Origin: Spartobacteria bacterium | Lineage (GTDB): Bacteria > Verrucomicrobiota > Kiritimatiellia > CAIQIC01 > Lenti-01 | Length of the DNA: 51,556 nucleotides | Reading direction: 5' to 3' | Assembly: GCA_009930415.1 (NCBI GenBank) | Contig: RZYG01000001.1 | Span: 1 to 51,556, forward strand | Shown here: positions 7,961 to 17,021 of the stretch, in pieces | How the letters are laid out: every line of letters starts with the position of its first letter | Position numbering within the stretch: position 1 is the stretch's first letter | Notes under the pieces: generated by a model | Told to the model about the DNA's origin: nothing | The model's input: only the letters and a program-made list of their open reading frames with translations | Databases searched by the model: none | Made by a program: the position numbers and the translations under genes

Positions 7961-10900
7961 TCACCCCAGCTCGACGAGGACGCGGCGTTCGCGGCCGTCG
8001 TCGACGAGGTGGATTTGCCGGTCGGGCTGGTCGGCGCCGTCCACGGACACGCGGCGGACGGCGGCGGCGGCGGGGGCGGTCTTGAGGATTTCGACGTGGT
8101 AGAAGGTGTTGCGGTAGCGGTAGGTGAGCTTGAAGCCGGGCCAGCCCGCCGGGAGCAGGGGTGCGAAGGTCAGGACGTCGGCCTCGAGGCGCATGCCGAG
8201 GAGGTCTTCGACGAGCAGGCGGTAGAGCCACGACGCGGAGCCGGTGTACCAGCTCCAGCCGCCGGCGCCTTCGTGGCCGGCGGCGGTGTAGACGTCGGCG
8301 GCGAGCACGTAGGGTTCGAGCTTGTAGACGGCGACGTGTTCGGGGGTGTCGCCGTGGCGGATGGGGTTCAGGAGCTGGAACAGATCCCAGGCGACGTCGC
8401 CTTGGCGGAGCGCGGCGAAGGCCATGGCGACCCAGACGGCGGCGTGGGTGTACTGTCCGCCGTTTTCGCGCACGCCGGGGACGTAGCCTTTGATATAGCC
8501 GGGATCCCACGGGGCGGAGTCGAACGGCGGATCGAAGAGGCGCACGAGGCGGTGTTTGGAATCGACGAGACGTTCGCGGACGGCCTGCAAGGCGGTGCGG
8601 GCGCGGGCGGGGTCGCCGGCGCCGCTGAGCGCGGCCCAGCTCTGGGGGATGGAATCGATCTGGCATTCGGGGCTCTGGGCGGAGCCCAGCGAGGTGCCGT
8701 CGTCGAAGAACGCGCGGAGGTACCATTTCCCGTCCCAGGCCTGGGCATCGAGGTTCGCGGACAGGCGTTGGGCTTCGCGGTCGCAGACGGCGGCGAAGTC
8801 GGCGTCGCCGCGGCGGGCGGCCAGCCCGCCGAATTCGCGCAGGACGCGGTGCAGGAAGAACCCGAGCCAGACGCTTTCGCCGCGGCCCTGGTGGCCGACG
8901 CGGTTCATGCCGTCGTTCCAGTCGCCGGCGCCCATGAGGGGCAGGCCGTGGGCGCCGAAGCGCAGGGCGCGGCGGATGGCGCGCGCGGCGTGTTCGTAGA
9001 GCGGAGCCTGTTCGTCGGTGACGCGCGGCTGGTCGTAGACGGATTCCTCGTGGTCGGCGAGGGCGCGGGCCTCGAGGAAGGGGCGGGTTTCGTCGAGGAT
9101 GCCGACGTCGCCCGTGGCGGCGACGTAGCGGCAGAGGACGAGGGGCAGCCAGAGCAGGTCGTCGGTGATGCGCGTGCGCACGCCGCGGCCGACGGGCGGG
9201 TGCCACCAGTGCTGGACGTCGCCGTCGGTGAATTGGCGGGACGCGCTCAGCAGGAGGTGTTCGCGGGTCAGCCACGGGCATTCGCGCAGGAAGGCGAGGG
9301 AGTCCTGGAGCTGGTCGCGGAAGCCGTAGGCGCCGCCGGACTGGTAGAAGCCGGTGCGGCCCCAGAAGCGCGACGACAGGATTTGGTAGAGCAGCCAGTG
9401 GTTGACGAGGAAATCGACGGACGGATCGGGCGTTTCGACGTAGATGCCGCCGAGCTGGCGTTTCCAGAACGCCCAGACTTCTTCGAGCGCCTGGCGGGCG
9501 CCGCTGGGGCCGGCCTGGTGGCGCAGCCAGCCGCGCGCTTCGTCTTCGCTGCGCGCGGCGCCGAGGCAGAAGACGATCTGGACCTGCTCGCCGGGCGGAA
9601 TCTCGAGCCGGGTCTGGATGGCGGCGCAGGGATCGAGCCCGGCGCCGACGCGGTTGGACAGATGCTCGCGCCGCAGGGCGGCGGGCGCGGCGAGCGACCC
9701 GTTGCGGCCGATGAATTCGGTGCGGTCGGCGGTCAACGTGCGGTCGTCGCCGCTGCAATGGAAGAAGGCGAGGCGGTCGGCGAAATCGAGGCTGAAGGCG
9801 TTCTGGGCGAAGATGGCGCCGCTCTGCGGATCGAGGTGCGTGACGACGTGCATGGCCTGCTGGTCGCGGCGCTCGCCGAGGACCCATTCGCAGTAGCCCG
9901 CCACGGACACGCGCCGCGGCCGGTCGGTGCGGTTGTGCAGCGCGATGGACGTGAACTTGAGCGGGGCGCTGACGGCGACGTAGACGGTGGTTTCGGAATA
10001 GATGCCGTTGCGCTCGTGCTCGAAGACGGTGTAGCCGTGGCCGTGGCGGCAGACGTAGGGAGCGGCGCGCGGCGCGGGGCCGGGCAGCGGCATCCAGAAG
10101 CGGCCGGTTTCTTCGTCGCGGACGTAGAACGTCTCGCCGCTGGGATCTTCGACGGCGTCGTTGGCCCAGGGCGTGAGCCGGAACTGGTGGGCGTTCTCGC
10201 TCCAGGTGGTCGCCGCGCCGGATTCGCTCACGACGGTGCCGAACTGCGGATTGGCCAGCACGTTGACCCACGGGGCGGGCGGCGTTTGGCCGGGCTCGAG
10301 CTGGACGACGTATTCGCGGCCGTCGGGCGTGAACCCGCCGAGGCCGTTGAAGAATTCGAGCTCGCGGGCGGGCGGCGGCGCCGGGAGCGGTTCGGTCTTG
10401 GGCGGCTCGCGCTCGGGCACGAGGTCGGGAACGTCGGCTTCGGAAACGACGCGCCGGTCGATCTGGTCGGCGAGGGCGCCGTAGCGGTCGCTGAAGACGA
10501 GCCGGGCGACGGCCCGGAACAGGATGCGGTCTTCCTCGGGCACCTGGTCGATATTGCGCGCGAAAATGCCGCCGGGCTGATCGAGCAGCTTGCCCTCCGT
10601 GCCGGCCTGCACGAGGCCGATGATGGCGTCGAGCAGGTCCTGGCGGTAGCCCGCAAAGGCCTCGGACCAGATGACGAGATCGGCTTCGAGGCCCTTCTGG
10701 CGCCAGTAGCCGTGGGCCTGTACGAGCTGGCGGACGAGGTCGAGGTTGGCGACGTCGGAAATGGACAGCAGCACGATGGGACGGTCGCCGGAGATGCCGT
10801 AGCTCCAGAGCGCGGACTGGTTTTTGCGGTTGGCGGCGATGGCGCTGGCGCGGCCGCGGCGGTGGGGGCCCGCGAAGAACAGGGATCCGGCCAAGCGGGC

Positions 10901-13900
10901 GTAGTGCTGGACGTCGGCTTCGTTCGCGCGCAGCTGGTGCAGCAGCACCTGGCTGCGCGTCCAGGCCAGCGAGAACACGCGCTCGGCCAGGCGCGGGTCG
11001 CGGCAGCGGTCGAGATAGGCCTCGGCGGCTTCGCGCGTGGGCGCGACGCCGAGGAAGGCGTTGGCGCGGACGGATTGGCCCGGCTCGAGCCGCACGCGGT
11101 AGCGGATGGCGGCGGCGGGATCGAGGACGAGTCCGGTGCGGTCGGGCAGGGGGCCGGGCAGATCGAGCGCGGCCGGGTCGCGCACCGACCGGTTGCGGCC
11201 GAGGAAGGCCGCGCGGTCGGTCTCGCACGAGACGCCGCGCAGAACCTGTCCGCCTTCCACGCCGAGGGCGTGGAACGCCCACGGCGGGGTTTCCTCCGCC
11301 GAGCGGGGCCGGCGGGTGAACAGCAGCGCCGCCTTGCCGGGCACGGCCGCGGCGGACACGAACAGCTTGTGGAAGGCGGGGTGCGCGGCTTCGGCGCGGC
11401 CGTCGAGCAGGACGATCTCGGCGTAGCTGGTGATTTCGACGGTGCGCGCGCGGCGGGCCAGGTTCGTCAGCGTCAGTTGCCGCAGCTCCATGTCGTCCTC
11501 GGGGCAGACGGCGATCTGGAGCTGGCTCTGGAACTGGTTGAACGTGGCGCGGTATTCGGCGCCGCCCTGCGAGAAGACGGCTTCATGGCGTTCGAAGGCG
11601 GTCCCGAGCGGCCGGGCGGTGGGTGCCCAGGTTTTGCCGGAATCCACTTCCTTGAGATAGAAGAAGAAGCCGTGGACGTCCTGGGCGGAATCTTCGCGCC
11701 AGCGGGTGACGTCGAGCCCGTTCCAGCGGCTGACGCCGCCGCCGCCGTTGGTGACCATGACGTGGTAGCGGCCGTTGGAGAGCAGGTGCACTTCGGGCGC
11801 AGGGGTGTCGGCGGTATCGAAGGAACGCGCGATGGCCTCGGCGGTTTCCGGGGTGCGCGCGCCGGCGGTTTCGGCCACGGCGGCGGTGGCCTTGGCGCGC
11901 GGCCGGGCGAGCGGGATGCGTTCCTGCAAGAGCAGCGCGGCGGAGCGCAGCTGGAGATTGGCGAGGAACCGGCGCTGCATGGGCTGGTCGTGGAGCACGG
12001 CGTCGTAGGCCAAGAGGCTCATGCCGCCGTGGTGGGCCATCCAGGAGCGGACGAGGGCGAAGGCTTCGCCGGCGGGCACGCGCGCGGGAGTGTGGTCCAG
12101 CGCTTCGTAGAGGCCGTAGCGGCCGACGGCGCCGGCGGCGGCGAGCCGCCGCAGGTTGCGCGCGGCTTCCTTGGGGGCGACCATCAGGGCCATGGCGGAG
12201 GCGTAGGGGGCCACGACGAGGTCGTCGGCCAGACCGCGCTTCATGCCGAGCTGCGGCACGCCGAACGGGCGGTACTGGTAGACGTGGCCGGCGTCCACTT
12301 GGTTGTAGCCCGATTCGGAAATGCCCCACGGAATGCCCGTTTGCCGGCCGTAGCGGATCTGGCGGCGCACCGCGCCCCGGCAGGCCATGTGCAGCAGCGT
12401 GCCATCGTAGGTGGGCATCACCAGCATCGGCATGAGGTATTCGAACATCGAGCCGCTCCACGACGCCAGCACGGCCGGACCGCCGCCCGGCGCGAGCCGC
12501 CGGCCGAGGTGGAACCAGTGGTCGAGCGGCAACTGGCCGCGCGCCACGCCGACGTAGCTGCCGAGGCGGCACTCGGACGCCAGCAAATCGTAGTAGCTTG
12601 GATCGCGCCGGTGGGCGTCGAGGTTGTAGCCGATCGCCAACAGGTGCCGGTCGGCGTCGTAGAGGAAATCCATGTCCTGGTCGGCCAATTCCGCGCAGCG
12701 GTTCGCGGCGTGCCGGAGCTCCGCGATGCGCGCCGCGGCCCGTTCGCTGGCGGTCGCGAGCCAGGCCGTGCAGCGGCGGGCGAATTCCGGGTCCGGCGCC
12801 TGCGCCAGGCGCGCTTCCCAGCGGTGGCGCAGCGTGGCGAGAGTTTCCAGCGTCGGCGCGGATTCCGTTTCGCGCCGCAGGTCGTCCCAGCGCGGCGCGG
12901 AATCGTCGCCGGCCGCGACGGCGGGCCACGGCAACTCCTCGGCGGCGGCCCACGGGGCGAACGCGCGGATTTCGCCGGCGAGCTCGGCGCACTGGGCTTG
13001 CAGCGTTGCGCGCCAGAACGACAGGTTTTCGTCCGGGGCCAGCGCGGCGGCCTCCGCGTCCAGCGCGGCGCGGAACGTTTCCAGCGCGAGGAGGGCCGCC
13101 CGCAACGTCGGCACCGCGCCGCGCGCGGCCTGGGCGGCGGCGCGGATCCGTTGGGTGCTCGCCCGCAGCGTGGCGGCAGGCAGCGGCGTGTCCATCCGCT
13201 GCGTGGCGCGTTCGATTTCTTCGAGCAGGATGCCCGCGCCGTCGGCCAGGCCGGCGGCCCAGCGCGGCGGCAGGAGGGGGGCGCGCACCGCCTCCAGCAG
13301 GCCTTCGCGGACGACGAGCAGCATCGCGACGAGATTGCCGCTGTCCACCGAGGAGACGTACAGCGGGCGCAGCGGCTGCAGCGTGCGCAGGTCGTACCAG
13401 TTGTAGAAGTGCCCGCGGTAGCGTTCCAGCTTGTCCAGCGTGTCGAGGGCGCGCGCGGTGCGGCCCAGGAAGCCGCCGGGCGACAGATAGCCGAAATCGA
13501 CCGCCGCCAGCGCGCTGGCCAGGCCCAGGCCGATATTGGTGGGCGAGGTGCGGTCCGCGACCATCGGCGCCGGGATTTCCTGGAAGTTGTCGGGCGGCAG
13601 GCCGCCGTGGTCTTCGTTCGCGAAATGCTCGAAATAGGCCCAGGTGCGCCGCGCCAGCCGGCGCACGAACGCGGCTTGTTTCGCGTCCAGCGGGCGGGCG
13701 CGCGGCCCGCGCGTCCGGCTGATGAACCAGGCGAGCGCCGGCGCGGCGGCCCAGATGCCGCAGAGCGCGAGCAGCGCCGGCGCCGCCGGCGCGTGCCCCG
13801 CCAGCGCGGGCGCGGCGGCGGCCAGGGCCAACAGGGGGGCGGCCGCCATTTTCACGAAACCGCCGGCGAGGGACGTCTGCGCCGTTCGCTCGCTGTGGCT

Positions 13901-16762
13901 GGCGGTTTGCCATTCGAGCAGGCGCTTCCGGACCGCCAGCCGGGCGAAGACCCGCGCGACGGCATCCAGATAGAGCCAGGCAAAATAGGGCGTCAGCGCC
14001 AGTTCAAGGGCTTCGACGCTCCAGCCGCGCCCTTCGTTGGTGGCCGCGGTGCGCAGGTGGAGGGCCGGCGGCACCGCTTTGCCTTTGAGGAGGAACGCGC
14101 GCGCAGCGCGCAGCGCGGCCGGCAGGAACCAGATGCCCAGCAAGGCCGCCAGGAAACGCGGCGCGGCGCCGCCGGCGAATCCGCCCGCGACCAGCGCGAC
14201 GAACAGCGCGGCCGGAACGAGGCTGCGCCGCAGGTTGTCGAAGATCATCCAGCGCGCGAGCGCGCCGAGCGGATTGCGGACGGGTTTTCCGTCGGGGCCC
14301 GGCGCGCGGGGGAACAGCCAGCTCGCGATTTGCCAGTCGCCGCGCGTCCAGCGGTGCCGCCGGTTGGCGTCGGCCAGCACGCGCGCCGGCTCGCTCTCGA
14401 CAAGTTCGACGTCGCTGAGGAACCCGCACCGCGCGTGGGCGCCTTCGATCAGGTCGTGGCTTAGGATGCGGTTTTCGGGGAAGCGCCCGCCGGTCGCCGC
14501 GTGGAAGGCATGGACGTCGTAGATGCCCTTGCCGACGAACTGGCCCTGGCCGAAGAAGTCGGGATAGACGCTGGCGACTTCCCGCGTGTAGGGATCGATG
14601 CCGACTTCGCCGGCGTGCAAGCGGGCGAAGATCGATTGGCGCGTGGAAGCGAGGCTGACGGCCAGGCGCGGCTGCAGCACGGCATAGCCGCGGACGACGA
14701 TCCGGCGGGCCGGATCGAGTTGGGGGCGGTTCAGCAGGTGGGCCAGCGCGCCGGCCATGCGGCCGGCCGACCCCGGCGGCAACTGGGTGTCGGTGTCCAG
14801 CGTGATCGCGTAGCGCACGGACCGCAGCGGGGCGACGTCGCCGGAGACGACCGAAAACGCGTCGGCGCGGCCTTCGACGACGAGGCGGTTGAAATCCTCC
14901 AGCTTGCCGCGCTTGCGCTCGTGGCCCATCCATTTGCCTTCGGCGGAATTCCAGATGCGCGGGCGGTGCAGGAGGAAAAAGCGCGGTTCGCCTTGCGGGG
15001 CGTGGCGGGCGTTGAGGCGCCGGATGCCCTGGAGCGCCGCGTCGAGCCAGGCGCGGTCGGTCGGCAATTCTTCGGAGTCGGCGTCCGGGAAATCCGTGAG
15101 CAGGGCGAAGAGAAGATTTTGCGCGGGATTGGCCAGATAGCGGACTTCCAGATCTTCGAGGAGGCGCGCGCTCGCCGCTGGCGGCCCGAGGAACGTCGGC
15201 ACGACGACGATGGTGCGGTGGTCGGCGGGGAGGCCCTTGGAAAAATCGAGGCTGGGCAGAAACCGCGGCGGAATCAGGAGCGTGGCGAGCCAATTGACCA
15301 GGGCGACGGCCGGCCGGGTGGCGGCGCAGAGCGCGGCGGCGAGCGCGAGCCACGCGATCCAGCCCGGCGCGGTTGCGCGTAGCGTCGCGGCGGGCGCGGC
15401 GGCCAGCAGGAGCGTCGCGGCGGCCAGCGCCGAGACGTAGAACGCGAAATTGTGGTGGCTGAGGCGGCGGGCCAAGCGGCGGCGCAGGGGAAAGCGGCAG
15501 CCGATCCGGTTTTCCAGTTCGTAGCGGCCGAGGTCGATGAGGTAATAGCCCACGTGGCGCTCGCGCCGGTCCGCGCCGGTCTGGCGGCTTTCGGCCGCCA
15601 GGTTCATCGCGGCTTCGGCCACCTCCGGTTCCGGCTTGCGGGCGTAGCGCGCGAGCTGCTCGACCCGGGTCCGGTAGCGGTTGCGCGTGCGGAAATCCAT
15701 CTGCGGATAGACGCCCGCCGGATCGCGCCGCAGGATCGCCTCGATGGCGCTGGCGGCTTCGACGAAATCGCGCCAGTCGATGGCCGCCATCGCGCGGACG
15801 CTGGTGATGCAGTTGCTGGTGGTGACGAGGTTCGCGGCCTGGGCCTGGTTTTCGCTCTGCTGGACCCGCTCGATCGTCTGGCCGCGGTCGGTCAGTTCCT
15901 GCTCCAGCCAATTCAGCGCGAGGCCGAGGGTGGGGTTCACCCCGTCGATGTTGGCGACCAGTTCCGCGATGTAGGGCGGCGTCAGGGGCGGATTCGCCCG
16001 CACGAAGTCGCCCAGCGTCGTCACGAAGGTGCGCGGCTGGGCTTCGACGACGTCGAGGAAGCGCTCGGCCCAGACCAGCGCGGCGTCGCGCTGGCGGCGG
16101 CGCCAGGCGATCCGCTGGGCCACGAGATGCAGGTTTTCGATCAGCGCCAAACGCAGCATGATCGGCACGGCCCACAGTTCGCCCAGCGCCAGCGGCTGCG
16201 TTTCCTGATAGGCGCGGACGAAGCGGCCGAGGTTGTCGAGATCCACTTGGCCGTCGGTGTGGCGGACCAGCTCCATGACCACGTCGTAGACGCGCGGGTA
16301 GCCCTTGCGCGGACCGGCCTTCAGGCGCGGCAGCTCGCGGCTGTAGCCGGGCGAAAGGTGCGCCTGGGCCAATTCGATTTGTTCCTGGATCAAGTGGTAG
16401 TTGTCCAGCAGCCATTCCGCCGCCGGCGCGATCCGCCGGCCTTGCTGGACGCTGGCGGCGATGGTCTCGTGGCAGCGGCGGATGCCCGTTTCGCTCCGGG
16501 CCAGCTGGTGCAGGAGGCGTTCGACGCCGCGGCCCGTCTCAAGCGCGTGCTTGGAGGCGAGAAACCGCGCGTGGTTTTCCAGTTGGCTCACGCCGAACAG
16601 CTCGGCGCGCAGGGCCATTTCCTCGTGTCCCGCCAATTCCGCCGGCGGCTCCGCATCCGCCCGTCGCCGCCAAAACCCCCAGTTCGACCCGCGGCCCGCG
16701 GCGACCTCGCGCCGGCCGCGCCGGCCGACCTTGGAGACCGTGGATTGCTTGGAAAACTTCAC
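7961..16762 (-). CDS. ndvB: cyclic beta-1,2-glucan synthase (Cgs/NdvB/ChvB family; GT84 + GH94-like phosphorylase domains)
   Basis: A single 2933-aa ORF. Membrane-embedded glycosyltransferase region (AITLDTDTQLPPGS, HRWTRGDWQIASW). C-terminal GH94/cellobiose-phosphorylase-like region (GLPLMGAGDWNDGMN, ENGGQYTHAAVW). Size and domain order match the known cyclic glucan synthases. Confidence 0.85.
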   Translation of the reverse strand: MKFSKQSTVSKVGRRGRREVAAGRGSNWGFWRRRADAEPPAELAGHEEMALRAELFGVSQLENHARFLASKHALETGRGVERLLHQLARSETGIRRCHETIAASVQQGRRIAPAAEWLLDNYHLIQEQIELAQAHLSPGYSRELPRLKAGPRKGYPRVYDVVMELVRHTDGQVDLDNLGRFVRAYQETQPLALGELWAVPIMLRLALIENLHLVAQRIAWRRRQRDAALVWAERFLDVVEAQPRTFVTTLGDFVRANPPLTPPYIAELVANIDGVNPTLGLALNWLEQELTDRGQTIERVQQSENQAQAANLVTTSNCITSVRAMAAIDWRDFVEAASAIEAILRRDPAGVYPQMDFRTRNRYRTRVEQLARYARKPEPEVAEAAMNLAAESRQTGADRRERHVGYYLIDLGRYELENRIGCRFPLRRRLARRLSHHNFAFYVSALAAATLLLAAAPAATLRATAPGWIAWLALAAALCAATRPAVALVNWLATLLIPPRFLPSLDFSKGLPADHRTIVVVPTFLGPPAASARLLEDLEVRYLANPAQNLLFALLTDFPDADSEELPTDRAWLDAALQGIRRLNARHAPQGEPRFFLLHRPRIWNSAEGKWMGHERKRGKLEDFNRLVVEGRADAFSVVSGDVAPLRSVRYAITLDTDTQLPPGSAGRMAGALAHLLNRPQLDPARRIVVRGYAVLQPRLAVSLASTRQSIFARLHAGEVGIDPYTREVASVYPDFFGQGQFVGKGIYDVHAFHAATGGRFPENRILSHDLIEGAHARCGFLSDVELVESEPARVLADANRRHRWTRGDWQIASWLFPRAPGPDGKPVRNPLGALARWMIFDNLRRSLVPAALFVALVAGGFAGGAAPRFLAALLGIWFLPAALRAARAFLLKGKAVPPALHLRTAATNEGRGWSVEALELALTPYFAWLYLDAVARVFARLAVRKRLLEWQTASHSERTAQTSLAGGFVKMAAAPLLALAAAAPALAGHAPAAPALLALCGIWAAAPALAWFISRTRGPRARPLDAKQAAFVRRLARRTWAYFEHFANEDHGGLPPDNFQEIPAPMVADRTSPTNIGLGLASALAAVDFGYLSPGGFLGRTARALDTLDKLERYRGHFYNWYDLRTLQPLRPLYVSSVDSGNLVAMLLVVREGLLEAVRAPLLPPRWAAGLADGAGILLEEIERATQRMDTPLPAATLRASTQRIRAAAQAARGAVPTLRAALLALETFRAALDAEAAALAPDENLSFWRATLQAQCAELAGEIRAFAPWAAAEELPWPAVAAGDDSAPRWDDLRRETESAPTLETLATLRHRWEARLAQAPDPEFARRCTAWLATASERAAARIAELRHAANRCAELADQDMDFLYDADRHLLAIGYNLDAHRRDPSYYDLLASECRLGSYVGVARGQLPLDHWFHLGRRLAPGGGPAVLASWSGSMFEYLMPMLVMPTYDGTLLHMACRGAVRRQIRYGRQTGIPWGISESGYNQVDAGHVYQYRPFGVPQLGMKRGLADDLVVAPYASAMALMVAPKEAARNLRRLAAAGAVGRYGLYEALDHTPARVPAGEAFALVRSWMAHHGGMSLLAYDAVLHDQPMQRRFLANLQLRSAALLLQERIPLARPRAKATAAVAETAGARTPETAEAIARSFDTADTPAPEVHLLSNGRYHVMVTNGGGGVSRWNGLDVTRWREDSAQDVHGFFFYLKEVDSGKTWAPTARPLGTAFERHEAVFSQGGAEYRATFNQFQSQLQIAVCPEDDMELRQLTLTNLARRARTVEITSYAEIVLLDGRAEAAHPAFHKLFVSAAAVPGKAALLFTRRPRSAEETPPWAFHALGVEGGQVLRGVSCETDRAAFLGRNRSVRDPAALDLPGPLPDRTGLVLDPAAAIRYRVRLEPGQSVRANAFLGVAPTREAAEAYLDRCRDPRLAERVFSLAWTRSQVLLHQLRANEADVQHYARLAGSLFFAGPHRRGRASAIAANRKNQSALWSYGISGDRPIVLLSISDVANLDLVRQLVQAHGYWRQKGLEADLVIWSEAFAGYRQDLLDAIIGLVQAGTEGKLLDQPGGIFARNIDQVPEEDRILFRAVARLVFSDRYGALADQIDRRVVSEADVPDLVPEREPPKTEPLPAPPPARELEFFNGLGGFTPDGREYVVQLEPGQTPPAPWVNVLANPQFGTVVSESGAATTWSENAHQFRLTPWANDAVEDPSGETFYVRDEETGRFWMPLPGPAPRAAPYVCRHGHGYTVFEHERNGIYSETTVYVAVSAPLKFTSIALHNRTDRPRRVSVAGYCEWVLGERRDQQAMHVVTHLDPQSGAIFAQNAFSLDFADRLAFFHCSGDDRTLTADRTEFIGRNGSLAAPAALRREHLSNRVGAGLDPCAAIQTRLEIPPGEQVQIVFCLGAARSEDEARGWLRHQAGPSGARQALEEVWAFWKRQLGGIYVETPDPSVDFLVNHWLLYQILSSRFWGRTGFYQSGGAYGFRDQLQDSLAFLRECPWLTREHLLLSASRQFTDGDVQHWWHPPVGRGVRTRITDDLLWLPLVLCRYVAATGDVGILDETRPFLEARALADHEESVYDQPRVTDEQAPLYEHAARAIRRALRFGAHGLPLMGAGDWNDGMNRVGHQGRGESVWLGFFLHRVLREFGGLAARRGDADFAAVCDREAQRLSANLDAQAWDGKWYLRAFFDDGTSLGSAQSPECQIDSIPQSWAALSGAGDPARARTALQAVRERLVDSKHRLVRLFDPPFDSAPWDPGYIKGYVPGVRENGGQYTHAAVWVAMAFAALRQGDVAWDLFQLLNPIRHGDTPEHVAVYKLEPYVLAADVYTAAGHEGAGGWSWYTGSASWLYRLLVEDLLGMRLEADVLTFAPLLPAGWPGFKLTYRYRNTFYHVEILKTAPAAAAVRRVSVDGADQPDRQIHLVDDGRERRVLVELG

Positions 16763-16837
16763 TATGTATTCACTTTAACGGAAACCCGCAAGCCCGACAA
16801 CCCTGCATTTTCCGACTCATTATTTGTTTTGCGGATT

Positions 16838-16884
16838 ATCTAGTAGTTGCAAATACTAGAGTCTAGTATTTGCAACTACTAGAT
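16838..16884. promoter_or_regulatory. perfect 47-bp AT-rich palindrome (22-bp arms, 3-nt spacer) in a divergent intergenic region
   Basis: ATCTAGTAGTTGCAAATACTAG-AGT-CTAGTATTTGCAACTACTAGAT, with the arms verified base by base. It lies 76 nt upstream of the glucan synthase start and 138 nt upstream of the permease start. Confidence 0.5.
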
Positions 16885-17021
16885 GGCATGAATCTCTCCC
16901 CTTCACGCGAACGGGCCCCTTCAATTCGACCCGGCCGACCAATGCAACGTGGACACCGAAACTCCGTTGCGTACGGGACGGGTCTGGTCTATTTTGGTTG
17001 CCACCGATGGAGGACGTACCC

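Noticed and set aside
8009-14464. Very long ORFs overlapping the glucan synthase gene on both strands: 8009..14464(+) 2151 aa, 7659..11282(-) 1207 aa, 11583..13913(-), 14004..16415(-) and 15452..16843(+).
   Set aside because: Their translations are monotonous Arg/Pro/Gly/Ala/Asp low-complexity strings with no motifs, typical shadow frames of a high-G+C gene. The 7961..16762(-) frame carries all recognisable enzyme motifs.
16885-17021. Purine/xanthine riboswitch upstream of the NCS2 permease.
   Set aside because: I could not find the conserved purine-riboswitch core (the three-way junction with the U/C discriminator context). There is only a short generic hairpin, GCAACG...CGTTGC. A covariance-model scan would be the decisive test.
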